Positions 38,207 to 48,910 of a stretch of 64,000 nucleotides of DNA are shown here, in pieces. Within the stretch, counting starts at the first letter, position 1. The number at the start of each line of letters is the position of its first letter. The position numbers and the translations under genes are program-made. The stretch is from Obrimoposthia wandeli. Lineage: Eukaryota. The notes under the pieces were generated by a model that was given only the letters and a program-made list of their open reading frames with translations, did no database searches and had not been told where the DNA came from. The stretch is taken from the NCBI GenBank assembly GCA_977020255.1, contig CDROCS010002422.1, forward strand, positions 1 through 64,000. The letters are read 5' to 3'.

Positions 38207-39148
38207 TTAACCATAAGTGCGCTCTTCTAGTGAAAAGTTACCAATTGTTGTGATCAATTGGTCTATTAGTTCTGATTCAGCGCGAGTCAGGTGAGCACGT
38301 GGATTGGTAACGAGATTCACATCAACTGCAAGTCTTGCATCATATGGCGGTAAGCGCCAAAGCAATCCGTCACGGATATCAGTACTGACCACATGTATCG
38401 GAAGGGGCCCTATTCCGAGCCCGTTTATAATCATTCGCTTCACTTCTTCAAGATGCGAAGATGTACCGACAACCGGACCTCTCATGCCTTCCGTAACCCG
38501 CAGCAAAGCCACCGGGCGCAATGCGTCAGATAACTGATCAGACTGAAATGAAACGATAGACTCGTTGGCTAATTGCGCCATATCAACATCCTTCACGCCG
38601 AATAAGTGGTGCTCAGGGCCGCAGAAAAAACCAAAACACTCCCGATAGAAATGCGTATATTGCAGCCGTGGATTGCGTTCCATATCAAGCGATAGCCCAA
38701 AGCTGGCGTCTTTTTGCAGCACAGATCGTTCGACTTCAATACTCTTGAGAACCCGCATGTTAAAAGTCACTTTCGGATGAGTGGCGTGAAAATCGGCGAG
38801 CGTGTTATCCACGATTGGACAAGTTATATGGCTTGCCATGCTGATACGCACTTCCCCCGTGAGTTCTTCCTCAACGTCACGCATCAATACCGTGAGCCGC
38901 GAGACGCTACCGAAAATTTCTTCGCATTCCTTGAACAGTAAACGACCAGGTTTTGTCAATTCGAAACGCCCTGGGCCCCGATAGATGAGTTTTTTCTCCA
39001 GACGCTCCTCGAGGCGCTTAAGTGCATTGGAAACACTAGGTTGCGCGAGTGCCAACTTGTTCGCAGCACCAGTAATACTGCCTTCTTGCACTATCACTGT
39101 GTAGGTACGCAATAGATTCCAGTCGAGCTTCCAAACAAGTTCCTGCAT
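38207..39148 (-). CDS. LysR family transcriptional regulator
   Basis: LDWNLLRTYTVIVQEGSITGAANKLALAQPSVSNALKRLEE; divergent from the deacetylase operon. Confidence 0.95.
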   Translation of the reverse strand: MQELVWKLDWNLLRTYTVIVQEGSITGAANKLALAQPSVSNALKRLEERLEKKLIYRGPGRFELTKPGRLLFKECEEIFGSVSRLTVLMRDVEEELTGEVRISMASHITCPIVDNTLADFHATHPKVTFNMRVLKSIEVERSVLQKDASFGLSLDMERNPRLQYTHFYRECFGFFCGPEHHLFGVKDVDMAQLANESIVSFQSDQLSDALRPVALLRVTEGMRGPVVGTSSHLEEVKRMIINGLGIGPLPIHVVSTDIRDGLLWRLPPYDARLAVDVNLVTNPRAHLTRAESELIDQLITTIGNFSLEERTYG

Positions 39149-39405
39149 AGTTTAAACCTATAATGAATATAACTAATAGTAATTTGTAAAATACCAATCA
39201 ATGATAAATACTGCAATCACTGCTTCAGCATTAGAACTTAATTATGATCTCGTTCAACCAACAGATTAGCAACAAGCTCTAAGACTGTCCGCTCTATCAA
39301 TCACGTTTTATCTGGGTGTTTTATGCCGATTGGATTATAGGTTTCGACGCTAGATCAAGTAATAATTAATATAAAAAAATTTGTTTTTGCAGCAAGGTAA
39401 CAATC

Positions 39406-40443
39406 ATGAAGGCAGTTTATTCATCTTCACAGGCGAAGCATTACCCGCAATTTTTTATGACAGGCGGTGCAAGGTCCAAAAATCCAGAAGTTCCACAACG
39501 CGCTGATACTTTACTGGCTGCGGCCTTATCTGCCGGATGTGAGCACATCGAACCAACAGATACTGGGCTTGCGTTAATATCGGCAGTTCATACCCCTGAA
39601 TACCTTCGTTTTTTGAAAAACATTCACGAACAATGGCAACATTCTGAGAGTACTTCAGCAGAAGTTGTACCCAATATTCATCCGAATCGTCGCGATGGCA
39701 GCTACCCTGCCTCAGTCGTAGGACAAGCCGGTTATCATATGGCTGACACTGCCTGTCCAATATCTGGCGAGACTTTTGAAGCAGTCATTAGCAGCGCACA
39801 CTGTGCGGGCACTGCAGCCCAACTGGTATTGGATGGTGAGTCCATCGCTTACGCTCTTTGTAGACCGCCTGGGCATCATGCATTTAAAGATACAGCTGGT
39901 GGGTTTTGTTATCTCAATAACTCTGCCATTGCTGCACAACAGTTACGCAGCCGTTACAAGCGGGTTGCAATCATTGATGTCGACCTACATCACGGCAATG
40001 GCACCCAGGATATATTTTACGCCCGTGATGATGTATTTACCGCCTCAATTCATGCAGACCCGGCCAGTTTCTACCCGTTTTTTTGGGGCCACGCTGATGA
40101 ACGAGGCAAAGACGCTGGCTTTGCATACAACCTTAATGTGCCGCTGCCAAGGCAATCGAATGATGACGCCTTTATAGCTGGACTCGATCACCTACTTGAA
40201 ACCGTAGCGATGTTCTCACCAGAGGCTATTGTGGTGGCTCTTGGTTTAGATGCATCAATAGATGATCCCTTTGGCGGCCTGAACGTAACGACGAATGGCT
40301 TTAATCGAATTGCCCAACGGCTAGCGCAATTAGGCAAGCCCACTGTATTAGTACAGGAAGGCGGTTATCTCAGTGAAAGTCTCGGCCATAATCTTGATTC
40401 TTTTTTACAAGGATTCGAAAAAAATCACCGAGTGGTAATCTAA
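39406..40443 (+). CDS. Histone deacetylase family Zn amidohydrolase (acetylpolyamine amidohydrolase-like)
   Basis: RPPGHHA, GFCYLNN, DVDLHHGNGTQ, LGLDA, QEGGY. Confidence 0.92.
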   Translation: MKAVYSSSQAKHYPQFFMTGGARSKNPEVPQRADTLLAAALSAGCEHIEPTDTGLALISAVHTPEYLRFLKNIHEQWQHSESTSAEVVPNIHPNRRDGSYPASVVGQAGYHMADTACPISGETFEAVISSAHCAGTAAQLVLDGESIAYALCRPPGHHAFKDTAGGFCYLNNSAIAAQQLRSRYKRVAIIDVDLHHGNGTQDIFYARDDVFTASIHADPASFYPFFWGHADERGKDAGFAYNLNVPLPRQSNDDAFIAGLDHLLETVAMFSPEAIVVALGLDASIDDPFGGLNVTTNGFNRIAQRLAQLGKPTVLVQEGGYLSESLGHNLDSFLQGFEKNHRVVI

Positions 40444-40627
40444 ATAAAATTTAGCGTGTCACTTTTGTGGTGCCGCTGGTGTAGTAAAAGCTACGCTCTC
40501 TTTTATGGAGCAAGCTAAGTAGCGCAAAACTATTAATAAAGGCAATTAATAACAGTAAGTTAAGTAGAAATCGAATGCGTATTTATTCGCAATAAAACAA
40601 AAACAATACTTCTTTGGGGAAATTAAT

Positions 40628-41419
40628 ATGAAATTATTGAAAAAAACACGATATGCAGTTACTGCAGCTCTGATTATGCTACTACCGTTTTCGGCCCAAG
40701 CACGTGACTTCAGTGAAATTAAAGAAAGTGGCGTGTTAAAGGTATCCAATTCAGGTGCATACCCACCCTTTAGCTTCGTTAATTTAAAAGGCGAAGTGAA
40801 AGGTTTTGATGTGGATGTTGCACACGCAATTGCCAAAAAAATGGGTTTAAAGGCAGAAGTAAGTACCACTCCATGGAATGGTATTATCGCCGCTTTAGTT
40901 GCCGGTAAATACGATGCCTGCATCTGCTCAATGAGCGATACACAAGAGCGCAGAAAAGCAGTTGATTTTACCAGTGATTACTACTGGGCTGGCTCCGCTT
41001 TATATACTAAAGAAGATTCCAGTATTAAATCAGCAGCCGACATGAATGATAAAACAATGGGTTCAACCTTAGGTGAAACCGCCAACACTTGGGCCGTCAA
41101 AATGGTAAAGGATGGCAAGGGTTCATGGTCTAACCAAACTTTCCAGGGCTTGCCTGATCTGTTACTAGCTTTGAATACCGGTCGTGTGGACGCAATTGCC
41201 GTCGATGACGTACCTGTAGCTGTTGCCATGAAGGAAAAAGGCTACAAATTTAGCCGCATTGCGACAAAAGGCCTAGAACGCTATCCGGCAGCAATTACTG
41301 TTCAGCTTAACCAGCTGGAACTGAAGGGTGCTATTCAAAAAGCTCTGGATGAAATTAAAGCTGATGGTACTTACGCTAGTATTATGGACAAATGGATTGG
41401 TTTCGATATTTCAAAATAG
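40628..41419 (+). CDS. Polar amino acid ABC transporter substrate-binding protein
   Basis: Signal peptide; YPPFSF, GFDVDVA, WNGIIAALVAGKYD, RRKAVDFT. Confidence 0.92.
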   Translation: MKLLKKTRYAVTAALIMLLPFSAQARDFSEIKESGVLKVSNSGAYPPFSFVNLKGEVKGFDVDVAHAIAKKMGLKAEVSTTPWNGIIAALVAGKYDACICSMSDTQERRKAVDFTSDYYWAGSALYTKEDSSIKSAADMNDKTMGSTLGETANTWAVKMVKDGKGSWSNQTFQGLPDLLLALNTGRVDAIAVDDVPVAVAMKEKGYKFSRIATKGLERYPAAITVQLNQLELKGAIQKALDEIKADGTYASIMDKWIGFDISK

Positions 41420-41677
41420 TATTTTTTAAGCTGACCCAGCAGATAACCAATGGTTGAAGGATGATTCTAGCCGTTGGTTTCTCGATACCTTTATATACCC
41501 TGTAACAATGCCTTTTAAAGAGGCATCAGACGTATTCTTTATGTTGATTGTGCAGTTATTCATCATGAACCTCCAACCAATAGCATGATAATGTTTGCAC
41601 TATCAAAATAAATTTACACCTAGCTGTCGACATTTGCTATCAACATCATTGTTCTAAAAATTCGAACGGGAATAGAT

Positions 41678-42334
41678 ATGGATTTTGCTTTAATGTGGGA
41701 GATCACCCCCCTACTGTTGGACGCAGCTTGGATCACAGTCACCATCTCGGTGCTGTCATTCATTCTCGGTTTGGGTGTGGCGACAATACTGGTCATTATG
41801 CGCTCGTCTGCTTTTCGTATCATAAGATGGCCGGCGCGGATTTATATCAGTGTGATTCGAGGCACACCATTCTTCGTGCAGCTGCTGATTTTCTATTATG
41901 GCGGTTCCGCCTTTGGGATTAACTTAGAAGCTTATACGGCGGGCTTACTAGCGATCGGTTTAAATATTGGCGCGTATATGTCCGAGTCTATCCGCGGATC
42001 TATTATTGCGGTGGACAAAGGGCAAAACGAAGCCTCGCGCTCGCTCGGGTTTTCACGCACCCAAACCATGATTTCCATTATTTTACCCCAAGCTGCAGGG
42101 CTTATGATTCGCTCTTTGGGCATATTAGGCGTGATCGTTATAAAAGGCTCGTCACTGGTCTCTATCATCTCAGTGGTGGAACTCACATACCAATCACAGC
42201 GTATCATCAGTTCAACCTATAAACCGTTCGAGGTCTTTGCAGTCTCGGCAGGTATCTATTTGATATTAATATACGGGGTAATCAGTTTTGTGGACTGGCT
42301 CTACAACCGCCACACCCGCTACCTTACCCAATAA
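41678..42334 (+). CDS. Polar amino acid ABC transporter permease 1
   Basis: RGTPFFVQL, AYMSESIRG, GQNEASRSLG (EAA loop). Confidence 0.93.
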   Translation: MDFALMWEITPLLLDAAWITVTISVLSFILGLGVATILVIMRSSAFRIIRWPARIYISVIRGTPFFVQLLIFYYGGSAFGINLEAYTAGLLAIGLNIGAYMSESIRGSIIAVDKGQNEASRSLGFSRTQTMISIILPQAAGLMIRSLGILGVIVIKGSSLVSIISVVELTYQSQRIISSTYKPFEVFAVSAGIYLILIYGVISFVDWLYNRHTRYLTQ

Positions 42335-42349
42335 CAGGAGGATACCATC

Positions 42350-43006
42350 ATGAATTTTGATTTCACTCCCGTTTGGGAAAATATACCGACCTTGCTGGAA
42401 GGGACTGGCTACACCTTACTTATCGCTCTATTTGCCGCTATTCTCTCTTTAGTTGGCGGCATGGCAGTAGCACTTACCACGCTTTACGGTAAGAAAGTAT
42501 TCAGTTACCCATTACGTTTCTTCATTTGGTTATTTATGGGAACGCCATTATTACTGCAATTATATTTGCTGTATTTTGGCCTCGGTCAAGTCGGCATTTT
42601 AATTCCCGCTTTGCTGACTGGCATCTTAGGATTAGGCATTCATTATATGGCCTATAACGCCGATATTTTCCGCGCGACCATCCTATCGATTGAAAAAGGC
42701 CAAACGGAAGCGTCAAGGTCATTAGGTTTTGGCCGTATGCAAACCTTATGGTTTTTTATCGTGCCACAAGCTATTTATCGAGCGTTGCCACAACTGGGAA
42801 ACAATATGATCCTAATGTTGAAAGACACATCGGTGCTCTCGGTAATTGGCGTAACAGAACTAGTGCTAAACGCCCAGTTTGAAATTGCTAATACTTTCCG
42901 CCCCTTTGAGTTTTATATTTCGGTGGCAGTGATTTACTACATTCTCAATCTGGTATTAGAAACCAGCCTGAATCGATTTGAGAAAAAACTAGAGAGCAGA
43001 AGATAA
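42350..43006 (+). CDS. Polar amino acid ABC transporter permease 2
   Basis: [34 protein letters not shown]. Confidence 0.93.
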   Translation: MNFDFTPVWENIPTLLEGTGYTLLIALFAAILSLVGGMAVALTTLYGKKVFSYPLRFFIWLFMGTPLLLQLYLLYFGLGQVGILIPALLTGILGLGIHYMAYNADIFRATILSIEKGQTEASRSLGFGRMQTLWFFIVPQAIYRALPQLGNNMILMLKDTSVLSVIGVTELVLNAQFEIANTFRPFEFYISVAVIYYILNLVLETSLNRFEKKLESRR

Positions 43007-43803
43007 TGAAAGATCAACCACAAGTTAGCGATAAGAAAAGCGCGCCTCTCATGCTAGATATTATTAATGTAAAAAAGGCCTTTGGTGATCTTGAAGTACT
43101 TAAAGGTATTGATTTGCAGGTCACACGTGGTCAAATCGTCTCTATTATCGGCTCATCTGGCTCAGGTAAAAGCACCTTATTACGCTCAATTAATCACCTT
43201 GAGACCATCGACTCTGGCGAGATATGGCTTGATGGCGTACGTGTCAATCAGCCTGAAATGAAAGGGATGGAATTTGAACGCCACATTAATTCGGTACGCC
43301 AAAACATGGGCATGGTGTTCCAAGGTTTTAATTTATTCCCGCATTTATCAACGCTCGATAATATTCGCTTAGCACCCATAAAACTCAAGGGCATGCAAAA
43401 AAGTGAAGCTACAGATTTTTGCATGGAGCTACTGGCGAAAGTGGGCTTACAAGACAAGGCAGATGTATTTCCCTCAAATCTTTCAGGTGGGCAAAAACAG
43501 CGCGTTGCGATAGCCCGCGCTTTAGCGATGCAACCAAAAGTGATGCTGTTTGATGAAGCGACCTCAGCCCTTGACCCGGAGTTAGTAGAAGAAGTAAATT
43601 TAGTGATGAAACAGTTGGCTCGAGAACAGATGACAATGTTAATCGTCACCCATGAAATGAGCTTTGCTAACGAAGTTTCCGACCATGTATTGTTTATGGA
43701 TCAAGGCGTGGTATGCGAGCAAGGCCCGCCGGATCAGCTGTTCTCTAATCCTAAAGAAGAGCGAACTAAGAACTTCTTGAAGAAACATTTACAGCAGCAA
43801 TAA
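43006..43803 (+). CDS. Polar amino acid ABC transporter ATP-binding protein
   Basis: [36 protein letters not shown]. Confidence 0.95.
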   Translation: MKDQPQVSDKKSAPLMLDIINVKKAFGDLEVLKGIDLQVTRGQIVSIIGSSGSGKSTLLRSINHLETIDSGEIWLDGVRVNQPEMKGMEFERHINSVRQNMGMVFQGFNLFPHLSTLDNIRLAPIKLKGMQKSEATDFCMELLAKVGLQDKADVFPSNLSGGQKQRVAIARALAMQPKVMLFDEATSALDPELVEEVNLVMKQLAREQMTMLIVTHEMSFANEVSDHVLFMDQGVVCEQGPPDQLFSNPKEERTKNFLKKHLQQQ

Positions 43804-43831
43804 CAACAACAGCCCAAAACGTTAACTAAAA

Positions 43832-44188
43832 ATGGATAATAAAATGACAGTTCTACGATTCGATACAAGCCCGCGCATGAGCCAAATAAACATACATAAC
43901 GACACCATCTATCTTGCAGGCCAAGTTGGCGATCCATCAGGAGATATTACTGAACAAACCCGTTCAATGCTTGCCAATGTTGACAAATTACTCGCGCAAG
44001 CCGGCAGCGATAAAAGTAAGATTTTACAAGCGACAATCTGGCTCGAGAGCATGGGAGACTTTGCACAAATGAACGAGGTTTGGGACAGTTGGGTACCAGA
44101 AGGCCAAGCACCTGGAAGAGCTTGCGGCGAAGCAAGACTCGCAACCACAGATTACAAAGTGGAAATTATTATTATTGCAGCTAAATAG
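43832..44188 (+). CDS. RidA/Rid-family (YoaB-like) protein
   Basis: RMSQ, YLAGQV, FAQMNEVWDSW, PGRAC, VEI. Confidence 0.9.
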   Translation: MDNKMTVLRFDTSPRMSQINIHNDTIYLAGQVGDPSGDITEQTRSMLANVDKLLAQAGSDKSKILQATIWLESMGDFAQMNEVWDSWVPEGQAPGRACGEARLATTDYKVEIIIIAAK

Positions 44189-44340
44189 AACAATAGATGG
44201 TTTGAAATCTGAGCTAGAAAATAAAGTCCAAAATGAATAAAGCGCAGTTCAGCCTAGCATTGCATCGACGAGTTATGCTGATTTACACCCAGCATATTCT
44301 AGCGACCTATATCTTCAGTCAATGACATTGGAAAAAGCAA

Positions 44341-45195
44341 ATGACACGCACAGTATATTTGAACGGTGAGTACCTCGCAGAAAGCGAAGCGAAGATATCT
44401 ATATTTGATCGTTCGGTATTGTTCGGCGATGCAATCTATGAAGTGGCTGGGGTTAGTGAAGGCAAACTAATCAATTTTGATTCGCATATTGATCGCTATC
44501 TCACGTCATTAGATAAACTGCAGATACCAGCACCTCTAACAAGAGATGAAGTGCTGGATGCTTTTCGCGAACTCATTAAATTGAACAACTTGGTTGAGGG
44601 CTTGGTTTATATGCATGTTTCAAGAGGAGTTGCCGACCGTGATTTCATCTGGCAAAGTGACCTTACTCCCACGGTGTTTATGTTCACTCAAACAACACCT
44701 AATGCACTGCTTGAAATGCCTGAAAAAGGCATTAAGCTAAAAAGCCATCCTGACACGCGCTGGGCAAGAAGAGACATAAAATCAGCCAATTTACTGGCTC
44801 AAGTATTAGCCAAAAAAGCAGCCAAAGATGCCGGTGCCAATGAAGCATTATTAGTTGATAAAGAAGGTTATGTCACTGAGTGTGGCTCAAGTAGTTTTTT
44901 TATCATTAAAGGAAAAAAGATTATAACCCGCCCACTCACTCAAGATATTTTAGCGGGACGCACGCGACAAGCAATGATCAAGCTATGTACTGACAATGAC
45001 ATTGAATTAGTTGAAAGAGAATTCACCTTACAAGACGCGCTCAACGCAGATGAAGCAATGACCAGCGCAGCCTTGATTCATATGCTTCCGGTAATAGCAA
45101 TCGATGGGCAAGCCATAGGTAAAGGAAAACCCGGACCAATCTATAAAGAGCTAAGACGTATTTATCTCGCCATTATCCAAGACAGTAAAATTTAA
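44341..45195 (+). CDS. dat: D-amino-acid aminotransferase (class IV PLP)
   Basis: SIFDRSVLFGDAIYEV, VYMHVSRGVADRDF, catalytic K in RRDIKS, TECGSSSFF, ILAGRTR. Confidence 0.8.
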   Translation: MTRTVYLNGEYLAESEAKISIFDRSVLFGDAIYEVAGVSEGKLINFDSHIDRYLTSLDKLQIPAPLTRDEVLDAFRELIKLNNLVEGLVYMHVSRGVADRDFIWQSDLTPTVFMFTQTTPNALLEMPEKGIKLKSHPDTRWARRDIKSANLLAQVLAKKAAKDAGANEALLVDKEGYVTECGSSSFFIIKGKKIITRPLTQDILAGRTRQAMIKLCTDNDIELVEREFTLQDALNADEAMTSAALIHMLPVIAIDGQAIGKGKPGPIYKELRRIYLAIIQDSKI

Positions 45196-45328
45196 TAAAC
45201 CGCTAAAACGCGCCGCACTCTGATGTAACTGAACTTGATATCAAAGCCCTGATAACAAGACCTAATCCATCGAGTGCGTTGGCTTTTTTTAGCTTTTAAC
45301 TCGTATCTCGTATCTTTTAGCTTTTAAT

Positions 45329-46078
45329 CTAAAACGCCCTAAACACCAGCCCCAACCCCATCACAGCCAACATTAAAAGAAGCGCCAAACGAAATGTATC
45401 TGCTGAGAGCCGTTGACGAATGTGTTCGCCGAAACTCAAGCCAATAAAGGCGAAAAGTGTTCCAACAACTGATACTAAAACCCCATCAAAAGAAAACAGC
45501 CCGAGGCGGCCAAGCCCAAACACCATCACGATACTAGAAAGCGTAAACGAACAGTTAATTGCCTGAATGAAAAGATTCCGATCTAAATGCAGCGCCATAA
45601 GAAAAGGCATTGATGGCATCACTTGCGAGCCAGTTAAACCATTAACTATCCCAGTCGTGAACCCGCTGATAGGGCTAAGGCGCTGCTCCCACCGTTTTTT
45701 GATTTGTATATCAGGCTTAGTGTAAGAAAATACACACCAAAGCAGCAGTATTAAGCCCAGCACACCACCTGCCATACGCCCATCAACCAGCTCTAGCGCC
45801 CACAATCCTATAAACAGTCCAGGTAAAGTTGCCAGCAACATCGGCCAGAAACGATGTAAAGCTTCTGCAAACTTACCTGCTTGCTTCATAACCACTAAGT
45901 TCGTACAAATTGAGGGGATGATAACCAAGGGTAAAGCTTCTTTTAAACCAACCGCCATTACCAGAAACGGCAGGCAGGTTGTTGAGAAGCCAAGGCCTGT
46001 CACCCCTTTCGCGGTTGCAGCAAAAATATAGGTAGCCAATATAGCTAAAACCTGAGCGGTCGAGTAATCAAATTCCAT
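45329..46078 (-). CDS. TauE/SafE family exporter
   Basis: AKGVTGLGFS and GIVNGLTG repeats, about 8 TM. Confidence 0.85.
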   Translation of the reverse strand: MEFDYSTAQVLAILATYIFAATAKGVTGLGFSTTCLPFLVMAVGLKEALPLVIIPSICTNLVVMKQAGKFAEALHRFWPMLLATLPGLFIGLWALELVDGRMAGGVLGLILLLWCVFSYTKPDIQIKKRWEQRLSPISGFTTGIVNGLTGSQVMPSMPFLMALHLDRNLFIQAINCSFTLSSIVMVFGLGRLGLFSFDGVLVSVVGTLFAFIGLSFGEHIRQRLSADTFRLALLLMLAVMGLGLVFRAF

Positions 46079-46343
46079 AGATGTCTCATATTATAAACAC
46101 AGTATCGAATGCTACTTTCAAACCCGACACTTAACTGGTTGTTATCATACAGTTTTTGAATGTTAGAGTCAGCTATGGGAGTTTTAGATTAGGTGAAAAT
46201 TAAATCAATGAAGCCTGTCCAAAACCTAACGGTTTATGTCTCAACTAAATGCTATTCGATATAGACCTTGATGATTTTTATAAAGACAAGCGCCGCCGCA
46301 TTTATTGAAGACACGCGCATCTTTATAGGCTACGAATAACTAG

Positions 46344-47102
46344 CTACAGCCAGCCACCTGTCGCTTGCAATGGTCGCTCTGCACCGTCCGTGACCCAACT
46401 AATTATCGCTCGGCTATGTGGCGCTATAACTGCGGTTTGCGACGCTACCTCAAGAGTAGTATGGCACTGGCCGTTACCTGTTTCAGTCTTGACAGCCTTT
46501 TTTTGCACCTGTAATGCAACGAAGTTTTGTGCGAGTTTTAGCCCTCTGTTCTCACCGCCTTGTATAGCAACACTTTGATCAAAGCCTAACACTGCAAAGT
46601 AACAATACTTAGCTTGCTTCGCTTTACTTTGGTAACTGGCTGTTGCGTTTTGAGTATCGCTATCCCAATTTAAGGTCAAACTGCCCCCTTTAGCATGAGT
46701 ATCGGGAAAATCTAAACCGCGAAAAAAACCACGCCACTCTCTGCCATCAACCACAAAACCTGGCGTATAAACACTACTCACATTCCCCAATTGATAATGG
46801 TTACGCTGCCGTTTTGAAAAACTAGGGTTAGAGTAAACATCTTTCCAACCCAAGTAGTCCCAATAATCCACATGAAAAGCGATCGGGATAATCTCTTCCC
46901 ATAACTTTTTATTCTCTAACTGTGTTGAGAGCAGATGCTCAGCTGGTGGGCAACTACTACAGCCTTGAGAGGTATAGAGTTCGATAAGTTGAGTTTGAGT
47001 GCCACTGCTGTTGAATTCCAGCTTTTGTGCCATAGCAGAGGGGGTTAAACCACCACTTAAAGCAAGGCTAAAAAATAGTGCTTTTATATTAACTGAAGGC
47101 AT
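46344..47102 (-). CDS. DUF1223 thioredoxin-like secreted protein
   Basis: ELYTSQGCSSCPPA, FHVDYWDYLGWKD, VYTPG, GENRG. Confidence 0.9.
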   Translation of the reverse strand: MPSVNIKALFFSLALSGGLTPSAMAQKLEFNSSGTQTQLIELYTSQGCSSCPPAEHLLSTQLENKKLWEEIIPIAFHVDYWDYLGWKDVYSNPSFSKRQRNHYQLGNVSSVYTPGFVVDGREWRGFFRGLDFPDTHAKGGSLTLNWDSDTQNATASYQSKAKQAKYCYFAVLGFDQSVAIQGGENRGLKLAQNFVALQVQKKAVKTETGNGQCHTTLEVASQTAVIAPHSRAIISWVTDGAERPLQATGGWL

Positions 47103-47354
47103 TACTCACTTCTCCTGCAAGACTTAGATGAGGGCGATATAAATAATACGTAGTGAGTTGATGTTTAGTTTCAAAAGACCAAGTGAGGCACCTATCAATC
47201 GCCTCCTCAAATCGCCTTTTGATACTTTCAAACATTAGCGTAAAAATATCCAGAGATTCGATTTACTGGCCAATGTTGTTAAAGTTAACAACGGTTCGAA
47301 GATAGAGTTTGCCATATAATTAAGTTCCCTTATCTATCTATCAATCTTTCTTAC

Positions 47355-47356
<2 letters not shown>

Positions 47357-47384
<28 letters not shown>
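47357..47384. repeat. (ATTT)7 microsatellite
   Basis: Direct reading. Confidence 0.8.
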
Positions 47385-47386
<2 letters not shown>

Positions 47387-47592
47387 GCTTTTTGGCATAT
47401 TCACGAAGCGAATGATGACAGCCAACAGCACAACTAAAATAAAAAACACAACCCGATTTTCTGCCAACAGGTATTTTGACCTTTAGCGATGGTTGGCCCG
47501 CTATCCGGCGAGAAAGAATGGGGGTTATGAAAAACTCTGGTTTAGCCCTTTTTAAGTGTTGAATTTAAGCCAGCGCTAACATGCTCACTGCT

Positions 47593-47623
47593 GTCATATT
47601 AACAGCATGGCAGTCGATGTGAC
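47593..47623 (+). promoter_or_regulatory. Two NorR-type GT-N7-AC boxes
   Basis: GTCATATTAAC (47593-47603) and GTCGATGTGAC (47613-47623), 20 bp apart, upstream of the sigma54 site. Confidence 0.7.
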
Positions 47624-47658
47624 ACGCACTTGATTTTTTTGTATTTATCATTCTGATT

Positions 47659-47671
47659 CAACTGGTTGATA
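47659..47671 (-). promoter_or_regulatory. IHF site
   Basis: TATCAACCAGTTG on the minus strand matches WATCAANNNNTTR exactly, between the enhancer boxes and the promoter. Confidence 0.65.
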
Positions 47672-47689
47672 ATAAACAACTAAAAAACC

Positions 47690-47705
47690 TGGCGCGATTT
47701 TTGTA
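47690..47705 (+). promoter_or_regulatory. sigma54 -24/-12 promoter for norE1
   Basis: TGGCGCGATTTTTGTA: GG-N10-GT, one deviation at the -12 C. Confidence 0.6.
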
Positions 47706-47810
47706 ATGCTATTTATATAAGGGTTAACTCTAGCGATAAAAAATTTGATTGTACTTATTTAAATCAAGCTAAAGCAGATACCCATTTCAAGCGAATTAAT
47801 GGATAAATAA

Positions 47811-48425
47811 ATGGCAAGTTGTACGCAATTGAACGATACACGAAATGTTGCTAGAGCTAGTGGATATCATCAGAAAAAGCTACCGGGTGATTTCGCTATG
47901 TGGGCTTTCATCGCTATGGAACTCACTGTTTTTGCGATATTTTTTATTGGATTTGCTATTACACAACGCTTGAATGTTGACATGTTTAGCCTTGGTCGTG
48001 CTTCACTAAATACGTCAGTTGGCTTATTTTGTACTTTGTCGCTAATTATCAGTAGTTATTTCGTAGCTTTGGCGGTTAAGGCAGTAAAAGAAAAGCGTAA
48101 TCTACGCGCAATGCGCATGCTAATTTTTTCTCTGCTTACAGCGAGTGCTTATCTAGTACTAAAGCTATCTGAATATTCTACACTGGCGGAACTTGGTTAT
48201 GGGCTATCCAGTAATTCCTTTTATACTTTGTACTTTTTTATAACAGGGTTTCATTTTATGCATGTACTGTTAGGGATGGTTATTTTAACTTACATGGGTA
48301 TTAAAGCTAAAAATAATAGCTACTTAGCAAACGATTGTAGTGGTTTTGAAGCAGGTGCAGCCTATTGGCATATGATCGACCTAGTATGGGTTATCATTTT
48401 TTTCCTTATTTACATTATTCATTGA
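47811..48425 (+). CDS. norE: NorE-like cytochrome c oxidase subunit III family protein, copy 1
   Basis: LPGDFAMWAFI, YFFITGFHFMHV, AAYWHMIDLVW; next to the nor cluster. Confidence 0.8.
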   Translation: MASCTQLNDTRNVARASGYHQKKLPGDFAMWAFIAMELTVFAIFFIGFAITQRLNVDMFSLGRASLNTSVGLFCTLSLIISSYFVALAVKAVKEKRNLRAMRMLIFSLLTASAYLVLKLSEYSTLAELGYGLSSNSFYTLYFFITGFHFMHVLLGMVILTYMGIKAKNNSYLANDCSGFEAGAAYWHMIDLVWVIIFFLIYIIH

Positions 48426-48454
48426 TTGATTCACTAATTTATTAAAGGATATAA

Positions 48455-48721
48455 ATGAAAATACTAATGGGTAATATACATTTTGCAGGGGCTATGTTGC
48501 TGCTACTGACCATTGTCAGTACTTGGTTAGCACAATCTGGCATATCTGTGAGTATAGTAGCCGCTTTGGTCACGTTGTCCGTTATAGCCAAAGGTAAGTT
48601 AATAGTTGATACTTTCATGGAACTCTATCAAGTGCCTAGTAAATGGCGTTATTTATTATTAAGTTACGCGGTGCTTGTGCCATCAATCTTAGCCGCTATT
48701 TTGTTTAGTTTTCCTTCATAA
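48455..48721 (+). CDS. NorF-like small membrane protein (COX IV family), copy 1
   Basis: Three TM, KGKLIVDTFMEL motif, directly after norE1. Confidence 0.7.
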   Translation: MKILMGNIHFAGAMLLLLTIVSTWLAQSGISVSIVAALVTLSVIAKGKLIVDTFMELYQVPSKWRYLLLSYAVLVPSILAAILFSFPS

Positions 48722-48910
48722 GCGAGTCCATAGATAGCATTGGACACTGACGCTAGAAGCCATTTTGGCAAGGACCTGTCATCTCACTGCACCACCTTCA
48801 CCTACTCTATCGCTTTAATGTGCAGATAAAATTTCGGTCTTAATTAGTTTATCCTTTAAAAACTGTTTTTTATTGCTTATCAAGCTGTCATATCTGATTA
48901 CCTACTTACT

